Positions 22,770 through 38,169 of a DNA stretch of 64,000 bases are shown in pieces; the first letter of the stretch is position 1, and every line of letters begins with the position of its first letter. The notes under the pieces were generated by a model. It saw nothing but the letters and a program-made list of their open reading frames with translations. It had not been told where the DNA came from and made no database searches. Both the position numbers and the translations under genes were made by a program. The DNA comes from Styela clava (Eukaryota): positions 13,206,001-13,270,000 of the forward strand of contig NC_135261.1 of the NCBI RefSeq assembly GCF_964204865.1, given 5' to 3'.

Positions 22770-25738
22770 GGTGGCTGTCGCCTGGACAAACGCTAAATAA
22801 ATAATGCTACACGTTGAACAGTGTTTAAATCTAAATAAAATTCAATAATTTTAAATTAGTTCAAGCCTAAATTAAATCAAAATGGTCGAAAATTTTGCGT
22901 GCCATGTCGGCTGAAATTTGAGTAACCGATATACGCTTCAATGATTCAAACTATTTATTGAGTTTAGAGCACTCGAAATATGGTTGTATCCGAAAATATT
23001 GTTAAAATTAAATTCGATATCTCCCCAGTAGAAAGCAATATGTTTCGCGCAGTCGGGCGGAATACGTGAGCCTTTGTTTTCTTACAAAATTTGGCCGCGT
23101 GGAATCGATTTGTCTCGCAAGCCGTGAAATACAATTTATTCCGTATGGTCGAAGATTTCGGACTCTTGTTCGTTCTAGGGCCACGATTTCGTTATTTAGT
23201 CAAGTGTATACAGTAAACGATTGAAGAGTTTGCCATGCTCTTTCTATGTCTATGCGTGGCTCTCGCACTCGCTTCTTGGTAAATTGCGGCGGTGTACTAA
23301 AAGAGAACTTCGAACGGATTTTCTGCTACGCTAAATTAAAATCTGCGGGTGTTGAATTAATCCTCATTTAGTCCTTTTATCTATTTGCTAATCCTGAACC
23401 ATTAAACGGGTCAGAATATCTTGTAATAGGCTTAGTCCTGGGCAATGTTTAACTAAAATGAGGCGATATGTGAATAACTTCCAATCGCCGCCTGTGGAAA
23501 ACTAATGGAGAGCTTGAAAACAGACGATGAACAAACGAAAAGGATCGAGTGTTGTTTAGGCCGTTTCAAACGGCAGGTGGTAAGCGACTGCCATCGCGGT
23601 AAATTTGAAAGCATAACGTGCTACGAGATACGTTGTAACGGTCGTTTAACTCAAACAGATCTCATTGCCGATAAGCCAGTAGTAAATAGAAGTTTTTTAC
23701 CATGACATTTCAGTAAAAATAATATATTTAATGGTAAAACTAATCATTCGTACATAAGCACCAAATGCGACAATGATATGCTATACAGTATGTTGACAGA
23801 AAACGACACCAAACATGTTTTACCAAACGAAGTTAATTTTATGCAAAAAGGAACAAATTTTTTCAAAATAATTTTGCTAGTCTCAAATTACGGGTTTCCT
23901 TCATTTTAAAGAAAGACCAGTCACCCCAGAATTTAATTTGTTTTAGTTTATTTTACCCACCGCTGAGCAACTGTAATCGGAGTAGCGTAAACAGATATAA
24001 CTTTGGGGTTGCGTCACGTCATTCGGACTTCTCCAAATTGAGGGAAATAGAAAACAATGTTCTGTCCCATCTCTGCATAAGTCTAAAATCGGACAGGGTA
24101 AAGGGTTACTGTTTTTGTTTAAACCGCACACACGAAATAGACACCATAGAACTACTTAACCATGTCTTTACCCCCGTATCCTGAAACCCAAAACCCATGT
24201 GAAACGAGTAACGTTAGGCTATGTGAGATGCGGAATCCGGCTGCAAATTGGAAATGGGTTATGTTTTTTACAGATCTAATTTAAGCCAAGTGTAGACCTT
24301 AGAAATTCTAATTTATAGATATCGGATTCGTTCATGTTTTATACTCGATCGGTATATATTTAACCAGATAGCAAATATGGCAATCTGCAATACAACAAGT
24401 GCCAATACAACGCGTTCGACAGCTGCTGGCGACAGTGCCCACTCGAAAAAGCCATCTAATTACTGCAGGTGAATGGCACGCGGCTCGGTCGTACCGCGGT
24501 ATCGGATTAGTGTTATTATCACCAAATGATTCAATAAAACCAAAGTCAACCGCAAACATTTGCAACAAAAGCCTTCAATTCCTTGTTAATGGGGGATTTT
24601 ACACACTACCTTTTGAATTGGACCAAGACACGCGATAGAGCTATTTCAACTTTTGAACGTAAACATACCCGTAGTTAATCACATTGCCTGCTTGAAATCA
24701 AATAGTTTGTCGTGGAAAAAAATCGTGAAGCACGGTCCTAAATCATTATATATATAAATTACATGTTTTCAATTTGTCGACCTATTTGGTTTACAAAAAC
24801 AAAAAACCCAAGGCAGATAAGTTTAATAACGAAAAATCTACATTATCTATTCAAAAACATAGCTAGAGTAAATATGACATATCGCACCAATCAAAAACCT
24901 TATCTTTAATCTTTACCTTCATTTTAACCTAGTAACGTTTTTTCTCCGGCCATGCCTAATAAAATATACTTTTGAATTGGGGCGCGCAATTATAAATATA
25001 CATCAACGTCAATCCTATCGCGTTACAGTAACTAAACCCCTTTACTTGGCTTTTTGACTGAGACAGATTTGACTTCTCTTTGATCTTCAGATTCCCAATC
25101 AGCAAATCCACGACGTAAGCTGTATTTCCCCACTTCGTGTTTGTACCTGAATCTAACGTTACAGTAACCTAATTTAACAGTTTAAAGTGCGCACTATGGG
25201 AAAGTTTAATTTTGACCAAATAAAGTTTATACATAATATACATCAGAAAGGGTGGATACGACCACGGAAACAATGAATTATAACCGGAAAAACTATTTTT
25301 TTTTATACAGGCGTGAATCTGTTAATCATCCTAACTACTGTTTATTCTATTGTAACTGTAAACAACAAAACTAAAAACTAATGTAAATCTTACAATTGTA
25401 TGCTTTCCAAGTGTCATGCATGTTGATTTATTTATCCTGACATTCTCGGAATGCTTCCTCGTGGAATCAATTTAAAGTCTTGAAAATTCAATTCCTTTAT
25501 TTACCGTTTGACGAGACTGCATTTTAATCTCATTACTCTTAACGCGTGAAATCCATATAATTCCATTTCTAATCCAATCGAGACAATAATTTTGAAAGAA
25601 AATTTTGGAGAATAAATCAGGAAATTCGTACAAAAAATCTTTGAATTGGGAAAGACCAAATCGCAATAAAAATGTTCATAATAAACAATTCCGCAGCAAA
25701 TATCAACTTCAATGTTAATTAAAATTAATGTATACAAT

Positions 25739-25762
25739 AATATATATATATATATATATATA
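25739..25762. repeat. (TA)n microsatellite
   Basis: About 11 TA units; a second (TA)n run is at ~38491-38509. Confidence 0.9.
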
Positions 25763-27789
25763 ACTTAAACTGCACTAAATTTTGTGCTCGCTCTCTACAG
25801 CATCGTCTTCACGAAAAATCTGTTCGGTCTGTGATAGTTCATCAAGCGAAAAGATATATTGGGTTTGCATAATATTAAAATAACTGACGCGTATCTAATG
25901 AAAGATTATAAAAATATGTTGCCGTTTCAAAACTCCGTCGATATATGTGCGAAATTTTATATATAGTGCATACTAGATTATACATACACATATCTATGAT
26001 GAAAGAATGCTTACTTTGTTGTGACCGAGTAATTTTGATCGAACTCTACATTTTGATGTTTCTACAATTATTATTTTGAAATTATTTGAATACAACATAT
26101 TTATAGAACAGGTTCGGATCAAGAAAACTTAAATTTAGATATAAATATATAAAAACCTGTTAACTTTAATTAGCAAATTGACTTTTCAAGTTTCGCTTCT
26201 CGCTGTTCGATATAAATATTTCGCTAAATTCTGCCCCAATCCACTATTTCTCTTTTTACCAATTTTAATATAACGTCACCGTTCTCTGCCTTTCCTCAAT
26301 CAACAAATTGTCCATGAACAATGTTTCTTTCTCATATTGCGTCATTTCTTATCAAACTTTTCTCCGTTAAAATGCAATTAGAAATGATAAGAACTCTTTG
26401 ATGAGATCTTGTTGACCTGGTATTGCCATCGAAACTATGTTGTGGGTGGAGATTGACTGACTATCTGTTTTTGTGTCACTTTAGATAACACTAAACAACA
26501 ATCTATTCTTGCTCCATTTGCTTTAATAGAATGATTAAATTAACTTCGGATTAACTTTGTATCAAACTTGCCCTGCTACACTCGCCTCAATTTATCAATG
26601 TTACATCTTTGGTTACATCATATATAAAACGTACGTTTGGAGCTAGACCGCATGACGACGTTTTCGCGACACTGTCCAGAACACACGTCAAAGTGTCGAC
26701 CTTTTATACTAGCAGCGTAAAAGCTTTCTTGAAAATGTTACGTTCGATCAAAAAACATGGTAGATATAAATTCATTTTTTTTTATCAAAAGACGGAAACC
26801 CGTTTCTATACATAACATATGCTCACGCTGGGGCGAGTATAGATAGATACTTCTGTGATAGCAAAATGACCAGACAAGCCGTTGTTAGCACTATGATAAA
26901 ACCACCGCAAATCGTAGTTCCGATTTTCTTCCGGCGGTAGAGCGAAGTCTGTACTGTATCAAATCTGACAAGCTGTTTTCCGTCTGGTCTACTATTCCGA
27001 ATTGTCCCTTAGAAACTAAGACGGAGTGCAACTTACCGCCCACTGAGCGAGCTTGCCATTCTCTCGACACTCGACAAAAATCTGACCCTCGCACCCCTAA
27101 ATGCTACAGACCCACGACTAGCCAGTCTTGTCGTACGCGTGGAACACTTGAAACATTTTTACACTCTCGACATTTCTTTTGTCTGTTGCAGGGTAATCCG
27201 TTCGTGCGACTGTTGGTCACGTAAACGCCCATCAAATTTGGATGAGATAATAGTTTATTAGTAACGCCAATTAATACTAATACCCACAGCTTCACATCAG
27301 CTCGAAAACATAATAATCAACACGCGTAAATCCTGTAAGTACACTCCCTTTTAAACAAATAAACTATTATTATTCCCCAAAAGTTGGGGTGGGATTTAGA
27401 TAATGTTTTTGTCTATGAGACTCGTTTTCCCTTACGACATAATTTTAACACCACTCTATGTTTTATAAACTATACATTAGTGCTGAGAGCCAATGTCGTT
27501 GTTACTCAATCTTTCGTTGCCCGCTTTTCATTGGAATGTAAATAAGCGGAAATTTAATTTTTTTTCATTACTGACTTTTTTTTATGTTCGAACGACGTTT
27601 TTTACGCACCATTAGAATCACGTGTCGGTGACACATTCGCATGTCGCATGCAGATATGGTACATATATGATACATTCATAGGATTGAATCCGAATTTCTG
27701 ATTTCAAAGCTTTATCCGACTGCATTTTTGATCAATTTTATTATTCATATTATTATTTCCGCCCTATTAAACGTTTAAATTACAAGGTT

Positions 27790-27940
27790 AAAACATGTTT
27801 TTGATTTACGCGCTAAATTTGTTTAATTAACAATATATGTAAGTTAACCGCGAAATACAACCGCGAAATTATTTTCTACCTATCAAAAACATGTTTTTGA
27901 ATTACGCGCTATGTTTGTTAACAATATATGTAAGTTAACG
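27790..27940. repeat. Imperfect local tandem duplication (~55-bp units)
   Basis: AAAACATGTTTTTGAWTTACGCGCTA...TTAACAATATATGTAAGTTAAC occurs twice; CGAAATTATTTTCTACCTAT recurs at ~28036. Confidence 0.7.
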
Positions 27941-30545
27941 CACTTTGTTCGGATAACACCTTGAAAAATTTCTAATTTACCGAATAATTTTTATAGCAAA
28001 TGAAAACTAAAGCACAATAATATTTCGTCATTCCCCGAAATTATTTTCTACCTATGCTTCACGAAAAAAATGCAGTTTTATATTGTTTACCATGCGCAGA
28101 TTCTCACAAATTATACACTTATTTTCTTAAACTGTAACTCTAATGTTCTCGCAATGTTTCTGCGTTGGCTAACTTCATTTAGAATAACTAAGATGTCTAA
28201 TTTGCCAGCATTTATATTCATTAACTTTCGGTGACTTTCATTTGAATAAGTTCGAAGGTGTAAATAACATTTTCTCGTACACACTAATTATATTTGACAT
28301 TGAGCTTGTTATTTACAAATAACATCGTCTATTACAATTCAATCTCTAATTAGGATAAAATATATAGATAAGAACGTCCGGAAAGATAACGATAACAATT
28401 GTTTCCTTTGATGCGCAATACATTAACTGGTCTAAATTGATATTTACTTTCGATCTCGTTAGCTTTCGCATCCAGGTATATCGTTATCACCTAATAACGA
28501 TTACGAGCCGTTTTGACGGAAACTGGCATCGCAGAGACACCGCAATGTAAGATTAAAGTCGGTAGATGATTGGATGCTCACTCATCGCTTTATTAATTTA
28601 TGATATTTTCACCAGAAAATGGAAAATAACAAAGGCTGACCTTACTCGGAAACATATATGTGAATTATGTATGATTTATCTTTGCAAGTAATTAGATTGA
28701 CCGATACATAAGTCTGTAAACTTTTTGCCGCGTTTTAACCATCTCCAAAGCTAAAAGTAATTCCCAATGAATTTATACAGACTAAAATATTATATTTCGA
28801 AAGTATTCGATTGGCCATGCATGGACATAGACTAATTACGCTATATTGAACCACAGTCATAAGTAGCTGTGCCTGACCAAGTTTAACAGACTTAATTTTA
28901 AGGGTTCAAAGAAAGGTCACTGTTGCCACCTGAAGCAAATTAAAATACGAAAGAGCTTAAAAGTTCATTTCTTCGTGTATTTGAAACCTATAATAATCCA
29001 GCTACCCGATGCCGCACTGCGTCACTTGTTGAAATCGATATTATGTATTTCTTGTCAGTATATTTTAAATTATGAATTTATTTACATGCGCAAACAGTTA
29101 ATTTGTAACTAAATTCGTATGAAATATTGAAAAAAAGACCGTGTTCATGTATATGTCCACCACTACATTGGGGGCACAATAAGATGGGTGGATTCCGTTC
29201 AATAGGGTACTATTACGGCTTTTGGAAAATTGGAAAATTTCCTCCCCACAAAATTGACCTAAAATTATGTGCATTCTGCGATTTTAAATATTTTTTTGTT
29301 TTTGACTCTCTATTTTTTGACACTGATATAAATGTATATTCTTTGATCTTGCGTTTTTCAACACAAGCTGTACTAGATTTTTTTTTCAAATTAGAGAAAA
29401 AATTATCCCAAAGTTCTAAAACATAAAATACTAATATATGAGTTGATTCATGTCACCTTAAAACTCGAATTTGGCAATTTTCAGAAATTTGATACAATGT
29501 GAAATAGTTTTGTGTAATATTTCCACAATATTCTAAACTCTTTTAATTTAGTTGAGATTTGTTCATCGGCAATAATTTTATATATCATTTTAAAATCTAA
29601 ATATTCGATTTATTCAATGTCAATCTATTTTATTTTCCCAAGAAAATACAAATAATCGATTAAAAGTGAAATAAAATGATATGACAGAAAATCAATCGTT
29701 AGAAAACAGTGGAGAAACCTTGAAATTTGAATATTTTTAACAAATTGAGTCCGACTATTTCATATTACTGAACGAAAGTTTTAAAATATAAACTACTAAT
29801 TTCATAATAAATTTATTCTCATTTGGCTTTAAAAACAAGAATGCTAGAATTGAATTTCATCTGAATTTAGCTAAATATTATATATTTTCGTAAATATATA
29901 TTTCGCTTGTATGGTATATGCATAGAAAATGAACTATTTCATTGTTGTAGACGCCGTAGGACTCATAATCTCAATGCTATTGTTCCTGTGTTTCGTTTGC
30001 AATAATTAGAGCTATCACAATTATAAAACCACTCATTTAATAATAATTATATCAAGCGACTGTCGGTCACGCGACACCTGTAATATTTCCTATTGTACTG
30101 TTTAGTAATTATCAAAGTATATTATTACTTCCTCAGATTGAATTTTATTACATCCTTCCGTATATCTCCGTGTGAATGAAGAAGATAAAAACCAACTCTA
30201 CATGAGGTAGGGCCAGGGGTAAGAACGACGCCACTAATATAGTACCCAGTTTCTCACAGAGGAGAAGCGCCATTTCTGAAATATAGGAAATTATTTAAAA
30301 TAGAAGTTGATGGTGCTACTATAAGGCGATTTACAATAACTGACAAAAGTTATTACCAACCTCAAGTGATAATAGGTATGCCCACAAATGATGAATTCAT
30401 AGATACTTGAAAATTTCACCGAGTGGAACCGCGTATGCGATCGTATTGATATGCATATCTAACGAACGAATACCACCAGGTTTCCTCATAGGGATCCATA
30501 CGTAACTGATATAAAGCAAACAATAATGAATTGTTTGATCTAATG

Positions 30546-30979
30546 CAGTTTTTCCCATCCTACGGGTCGCGACTCAAAACTGGTTAGCCTGAAATTCCTC
30601 TTGAATCACTTGTTCTTTCAACAAAATCCTAAAAGCTATCAATTCTACTTTATAGTAAACTTCATTGTTTATTTGATATTGAAGTGTTGTTCAATAGTAA
30701 CTATATATGTTGGAGCTAACACTGCGAAAAAATTTGACTGCATTTATTTTGCTCCAGTAAAGCGAGGTCACGATTTCAAAAACTCGCTGATGGCAAACAC
30801 GCGCAGTTTTCTCACTATAAAGTAATTTATGGGGGAATAAATGATTGCTTTATGATAGTCATTTGGTTTTGCGGCCATCAAAGTGCTGCATGTCATTCAG
30901 TATTTGAGCATCTCGAGATTTTACAAAATTTATTTTTCAAAAAATATTGGTCGCTTGAAAAAGGGTTGAGAAACCACTG
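30546..30979. mobile_element. Non-autonomous hAT MITE with perfect 8-bp TSD
   Basis: Ends CAGTTTTTCCCATCC and GGTTGAGAAACCACTG; GGGTCGCGAC subterminal motif; TSD ATCTAATG at 30538-30545 and 30980-30987. Confidence 0.85.
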
Positions 30980-33900
30980 ATCTAATGTGTCTCGAGGGAC
31001 ATTCGAAACTTTAACAAACTAACATCGTTTGCTTAGCCAATGATCCAAATTCTGTGGAAATTTTGCCAAAAATTAATATTTAATTTTACTAATTAAAGTG
31101 AAAAAGTATTTTGTTTTATGTGCGCTTCCACATGAAACAGACAGTATTGATTTTTAAGGTTCGCGGTTCATTTCATCCGCCGACCACTGGATGAATAAGC
31201 ATTATGACTTGACGAATAAACTTCCAATAAAATTTCCCGTTTGTTACTGGTTTACGCGCTGTTATCCATCGCATCCAGATAAATTGTATCGAAAATCGTA
31301 CATCCAATTTGTGATAAAACACGAAGCAAAAGCATGAGAAGCGTTCAATATAAGGATGAAAACTCAAATATTTAAATTTGGTAGTCGAGTAAAATTTCAT
31401 TCACAAATTATCGCAATTGATGAAATAGTATTTTCTCAAATAAAATACATTTTATAAATTACTGACGAAAAATAAAAACATTAAATCTCAATTTTATCAC
31501 TAATTGTCTATACTAATGTGAGAAAATCACGCATTATTGGCTTCGACAGCCTACTGTTAATATTTCATGTTAATTCGTTTTAAACAAATTATCTCCTTTC
31601 ACAGTTATTACTATCATTTTCATGATCTTCAGACTAACTATAGTCTTATTAACTCCACCTGGTCGATGTTTAGTCTGCTGTATTGATGAATCGATAATAC
31701 CCTGCGACGCTTATTAGTTTGGTAAGCGGCGTACACTGGAAATATCTTCTATCTTAGTACCAAAACACTGCTGAGTCGAGGCTAAATTAACAGTGTTTCT
31801 CGAAATCCTGTTTTAATTTGATTTTTAGTGAATTGTTAATCATATCCGTGTTATTATTTATACTTATATCATTTTTTCACGGTTCCTTCCACTGTCCACC
31901 TGTTTTCTTTTCATTTAACGTCGTCGGATTTATTGCCAGCACGGTTTCACAACATTATAACACTCAAAATAATTTATAATAAGAATATAGAATACAAAGC
32001 ATATGAATAAACCCTAGGTGCTGGTAAATCTTCTTCGCGGATAGACAGTTACTCGCTTGAAACAGTACCTTTGATTTTGACTCATATCAATGCCATTTGC
32101 AGTGGAGCAAAGTGACAGTAAACAAATTTTACTCTGGTTTATCACTACCTGAATGTTACAATGCAATCATAATTGATTACTTTGCAAGTTATCACATGCG
32201 GTTTGCTTTCTGGATTTCCTTTCCGTCGATCTGATTATCTACACTACATTTCCGATTGCTCTCGTGATAAATAGGCCAGGAAATCTAACTTAAATCAAAC
32301 CTAGCCGAGTATGGAAAGACTCTACCATATAAATCTGCGCAGGAAGGATGTTGTTTTGGAAGTATTAAATGACTTGATATAGGATATTAGGATGGTGCGA
32401 AATATCCCACTTAGATTTGCTTTACTCGAACTCACCGAAAGTTTACTCTGTTCCACAACATTAGAAAGTCGTCAATTTTCGGCTGAATACTTTTCCGACT
32501 CTTGACCCGCCCCCTTTCCGATCTTTTCCTATACTCTACCATTGCGCATTTTTTATGCTTTTTTAATTGTGTTTTTGCGAGTTGGTACTTACAATCAGCT
32601 TTGAATGTTCGTATCCACCATTTTGATCAAAATATTCAATTTAAAATTTATGATATCTAATTTCAGTCTTGTATATAACAGATTCTTCGGGAGTTATTTT
32701 TGATTACTGCAACTAAACTAAAATTGATCGGTAGTGTCCATTGAGTTATTCGATTTTTAAATTTTCAGAAACTCCAATAAAATCTGACAAATATGCTAAC
32801 AAAAACGCGCCACACGATGCCCAAAAATCTGTCTGAGTGAAAAGTGTCTGAAAGGCTGCTAAATTTTCAGTTGTTACGTCACGGTAAACGTCCAGCTGAT
32901 TAACTCATGTTACGGTAGTAAATCTAAGATACTGGGAACATGCATTGAGCACAAGTAGTTAGTATTTTGGAGTATATAAATAGGCCTATTAGTAACACTG
33001 ACACATACGTATCTTCATCAAATGTTGACAAATTTAACCAAAAGACTTTTGAAATAAATTGGAAACGTGTTTCTGAAATTTGAGAGAATATGAAAAGTTC
33101 AAATAATATCTTCAAAGTACTCTTCATGTTTTTGAATACTACTTTTTACATTAATGCAAGTAAATGCGACGTATGTTATTGTTGTGAGTTGGTTCAGAAT
33201 GTTTGGACTAGTTTGTATTGTATATATCTTAGATCATATTATTTCCTCGTTTAAAAATCGATCTATTGTTACAATCAATGTTATTCATTAGCTCTGAAAA
33301 CACAGTATACATTGATGAAAATGCGCCTATCACAGCACTACATAGACATGTTGTATCGCCAGGGACTCGGGGTGACCAACACGTCCATCACCACAATCCG
33401 GCAGATAGTTTTCATTTATAACACGCATTCCAGATAACATTACGACATCAAAATCTGAACACAAATCGGCAATCGTTGACATAAATAAACCTCTCGGGAA
33501 ACACGTAACCCACCCTTGTGCACACTGTTAGAGAAACATTGGTTAGAAAAATTTTCTCCTAAACACCAAAAAAATAAACAGACTTAAAATACCTGGACCG
33601 AGATATTTATATTTAAATTAGTACATTGCAGATAAACGCTCATCTCTGAAGTTCTTATGATGAAAATTTGCCTCTCATTACCCTTGAACGATTTAATAAA
33701 AACCAATTTCGAAGTATTATTCGTAAAAGCATTAAGCAATTCTTATTTTCTCCAATGCATACATCTTTGAATTCACAACTGGAATCACAAGAATCATTAT
33801 CATTAAATATTTGTGTAGGATTTAAATGCACAAAATTGCTTGAATGAGTAATCTTTCATATTATTTCTGCCTTACGTTTTGTTCAGATACGATTAAGACT

Positions 33901-36900
33901 GGGCAACTTGAAATATTTTAAATCATAAATTTGTCAAAATGACGCGATTCTAACATTAAATCACATCTTTTCATTTTCATATAATGTGTAGAATTCGTGG
34001 AAACGGGTAAAGTTATTGGGTTGCGATAAATGTCGAGTTGGAGAAAAGTCAGTAATTTAAAACAAGAGAACAATGCTCAAATATGTGGACACGAAGGCAA
34101 AAAACGAAGTAGTACGGTATGTGATCTTTCGCAGTACCGGTACCGGTACGGTACCGTAGATTTCCCGACTTGGACTGATCACCGAATCGCAAAGAACGCA
34201 AACGCGGAATCGCCACAAGATGCGAAATAATTAATTCAGATGACGCCATCACTCACATAAAACGAATTCCATAGAGTCTACAAACTTTTATGAAATAAAC
34301 AAAGCATTCTAACGGCAACAACAATTTTTAACCACTAACAATTCCATAGCAATTAGCCTAGTACTCAACAAGCAAAGCGATTTTCCACAACAAAAAGAGG
34401 AAAAAAATATAAAAAACAACAAAATGAATAACAACATTATAACAATACGATCCGATCCATAGGTCCAATAATGTAAATATATGTTAGTAGTTTAATAATT
34501 TCAATTTAATAATATTGATTATCTTATAGTCTTCCTAACAACCTAGATTGAAATGACAGAAAAGGTTTGTTGTTTGTTTATTTCGTTTAGTATGATTCAT
34601 ACTATAGTAAAGGATTAAATTTTCAAACTAGTATTTATTGAGCATGTACTTCATACATCAAACTGCCATGAAGAGCAAGTTCAATTTTCCAACTTCATAA
34701 AGAACACAACACTACAACAAATATAGGCAACAAAATAAATAACCGCAAAAACATTTGATATCATATTTAGCAATGCGTTCTCTAACTTTTGATTGCCATA
34801 ATCTTATTAATACAAAAATATTTTATGCAATTTTATATTGTATTCCAAACTCGATTCATTTTGATTACAATGCTTTACTCTTGCCGTCAATGGGCCGAGA
34901 GGTCATTTGTGCGATTACAGTAACTTAAAAGCCTAAAATGAACTAAAATAATAGACGCGTACGAGTTGCTTGCTATATACACGATGGAAGGCTGTTTGCG
35001 CGTGATAATTCTCGTTCCATGGTACTATAACTTTATTTCAAAATTTCATTGTTGTTTGTGGAGTGGCCGATGATTTTATCCTGTATGCATCAGTAAAGGG
35101 CAACGGCCAGTCGGGCTATCCTAATTGTTGCCAACAAAACTGACTTTCTATGTGGCTGGCTTGACTTTCCTATATCTCTTCCTCTTACATTTACATATAT
35201 ATTTCAATATACGTGTATGTAATATCATGTTTCATCATAATTTAGCTCCATGAACCCAGCTTGATATTAAATCGATATTGTAGTCAATTATAAAAAATTT
35301 AACAACGTTTATCACAAACTATAGCACAAGCTCATACTTAACAGAAACTTAATTAGATTTAAAAACTCAAAAGAATTCTGTATAATTGACAACATCATGG
35401 CAATACAAAAAGCATTCAGTTTGGCAACCTAGAAAAATGATCCCCGAGAATGCTGTTCAGTGGTTTCTTAACGTGACGGTGACGTATGTCTTGAATTATG
35501 CATTTTCATTACAAGTTTAAAACACAAATAGGATGCCAATGAAACGTAATCACTAAGTACAGCTGACAATGATAACATAATACGAGATTGAAAAGACTGA
35601 TGTTTCAAAATGGTGAATCGGCATTCTGATTCGAAATGAGACAAAAAATACAATATAACCGTGTTTTTTTATCCATGGATTACGCTCAATAATGGCAAAT
35701 GTCTATATAGGTAGTGTCCATTATTAAATTCGTTATTTATCACGTTTGAAGACGAAATGTACTAATGAATGGTTTGGCTAAATTGTTGCTCGTTGCTGGG
35801 ATTTAAAGACCAGCGCAAGGTGGATAACGCGATTACATTTAAAAATATTTAGTAACGCCCATGGACTAGAACCAATATACTGAAGCATTGTTTAACCACT
35901 GGCTCTATGGATGTTAAATATTTGGTGGGTGTTAAACATTTACATGAAGCAAACTGTGCTGGTGTAATCGGTAAAAGTAATAAACTACTCCACGGGAATC
36001 CTTCATACGTCATAAAGTTCTGAACGGACAAGATGGTTTTCAATTTCTAAATAACGGATTGACTGATTAGCGCCCACATGTGGCATTTTGGACTTGGACA
36101 TTTTAAGCTACTTCCATTGAGCTACCATTTGCATAACCTCTATATAAAAATTGTTTGGTGTGTTGTGCATGGTTCTCAACATAATACAATGAATACGTCA
36201 CATACGTGATGTATGGAAATTACGAAGTTACTGAAGACGTGGGATGGCGGCGTGCGAGATTGGTGAACTACCAGCTGCAAGTTTGGAGTCATCCAAAATA
36301 ATAACGAATATGGCGGACAACAGAATACTGTGGGGGAATTGAGTAATTTCGCTATAATTTTTCATTGATAACCAAGCGCTGCGTTCGATAACCTATTGGG
36401 TCAATTATCCGTACGGCACTGCGTTATATTATGCATATATATTATACTTTTAAAGGAGTAGGTATAGGAATATCCCTAAGCTGACGCCTCCAGAGGTCAG
36501 TATAACACAACAATTATGCGAGGCCAAATTTCCATATATTGTAAAGTACATTGAAGCAATATGAGAAAGGGCCAATTCAGAAGCGTGATCAGACTTTTTT
36601 TTCGCATCGAATCAACACTTGCATAATCTTGATTTTGCAAAAGCATGCAATGAAATGAACAGTGCGTCCACCTTGAGGGGATTAGCACATTCAGCGGTTA
36701 TTAAAAGTATTTAAAATCCACGGCAACTATTCATCTTAAACCCATCCCGTATGTACTTACTACTGCACTGTTGTGAAATAAAATCCATCAGTTTTTTAGA
36801 CCAAGAAAGCTCTCGCTATCTTTTGTTGATGATAACTGTGACATCATTCGGAAAACACTCGAATACAACAGTCTGTAGCTATTTTGCTGCAAGCTATTTA

Positions 36901-38169
36901 TCGAGGTAAAAATATGAGATAAAACTTGGTAGAATGTCCAAGAAAATTAGTAACAATCTGGTATGATATTGGTGACCTTAAGTATAAAGATAAATAACGT
37001 AATGTTTTAGTTCATACATCGACCATCTTAAAAACAAAAACGAAATTTCCTAATTTTTTTGATTTGTCTATCCAAACCAGGAATATATTGCATAAAAATT
37101 TCACCATAACTTAGTCCAATGCCCTAGACACGTGACAAGATTTATCGTCATTGTTGCCATCTGATATATATGTATTAGTTACTGAATTTCTTGGGTATGT
37201 ATTCAGGTATATTATGCCAAACGACATTTTAGCAGAATTTAAATACACAATTTCGAATATCTCAAAACAGTTTTTAGACAATTTTATCCACTTGGCATTT
37301 GGCTCTGTAAAATCTTTCAGTATTCAATGAGTGGCGGCAACTCTATTTATGGGTATTGCGTTTTTCGATTACCTTAAATACGTCGTTTTGTTTGGATTCA
37401 TCGTGATACTTCTATTAAAACAAAAAACTTTACTTTATGAATGCAATTCTTAAAATCGGATTGTCATAGCTCGTGGTTTACTGAAGTTACGATTTACGCG
37501 TATATGCCACAAACCTTCATAGTAATAATGACCTGGGGCATGATGCTCTGTTTTGAGTTTCTTGGCGACCTCGCGAATTCTAGTAAACACATTCAATCGC
37601 AATCTTTCTGTAATATTGCGTCATAAAATTTTACTACAGTTGCATGGGGCGATCTGTACAGAATTAAAGAAATTTTCCCACGTGGCAAGGGTTTGTGTAG
37701 TGTAGACATTATTCCAAGCTCTGTGTATTATCGTCGTTATTTTCGACTTTCGCGTTCGTGAGATCAAATATTTGGACATGATTATTGCTTCCCATTGAAG
37801 ACCATACAATAAAAGTTAGAATATCTCCGCTAAAACATTGTAGATGTGATACTTAATGCGTCCGATGTAACAACTTTTCCTGATTCAGTTTACAGCTTCA
37901 GCTATGCCTTATTTCAGCCTTACAGCCTTGAATCCGAGAGCAATGAGGGAGACCGGTTGTAGTTAGAAATCTGATATTCTAGAATTAGGCTAGATGCGAA
38001 TTTAATCTTTATGGCATGGTGATATTGAATAAGACGTTTTCAACAATTGTGGTGATTATTCATCTCAATGGACCCTTATGATTGTCATACTTTGTTTGGA
38101 TTCTACAATATTCGATAATCTGAGCTTAGACAGTGTACACACCCTTAACGTGAGCCATTTTACGGCTTT

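Noticed and set aside
34133-34157. GTACCG palindromic run
   Set aside because: A short simple repeat with no further structure.
36110-36400. Possible Harbinger/ISL2EU-type ends and YY1-like ATGGCGG motifs
   Set aside because: No matching inverted pair or TSD could be established.
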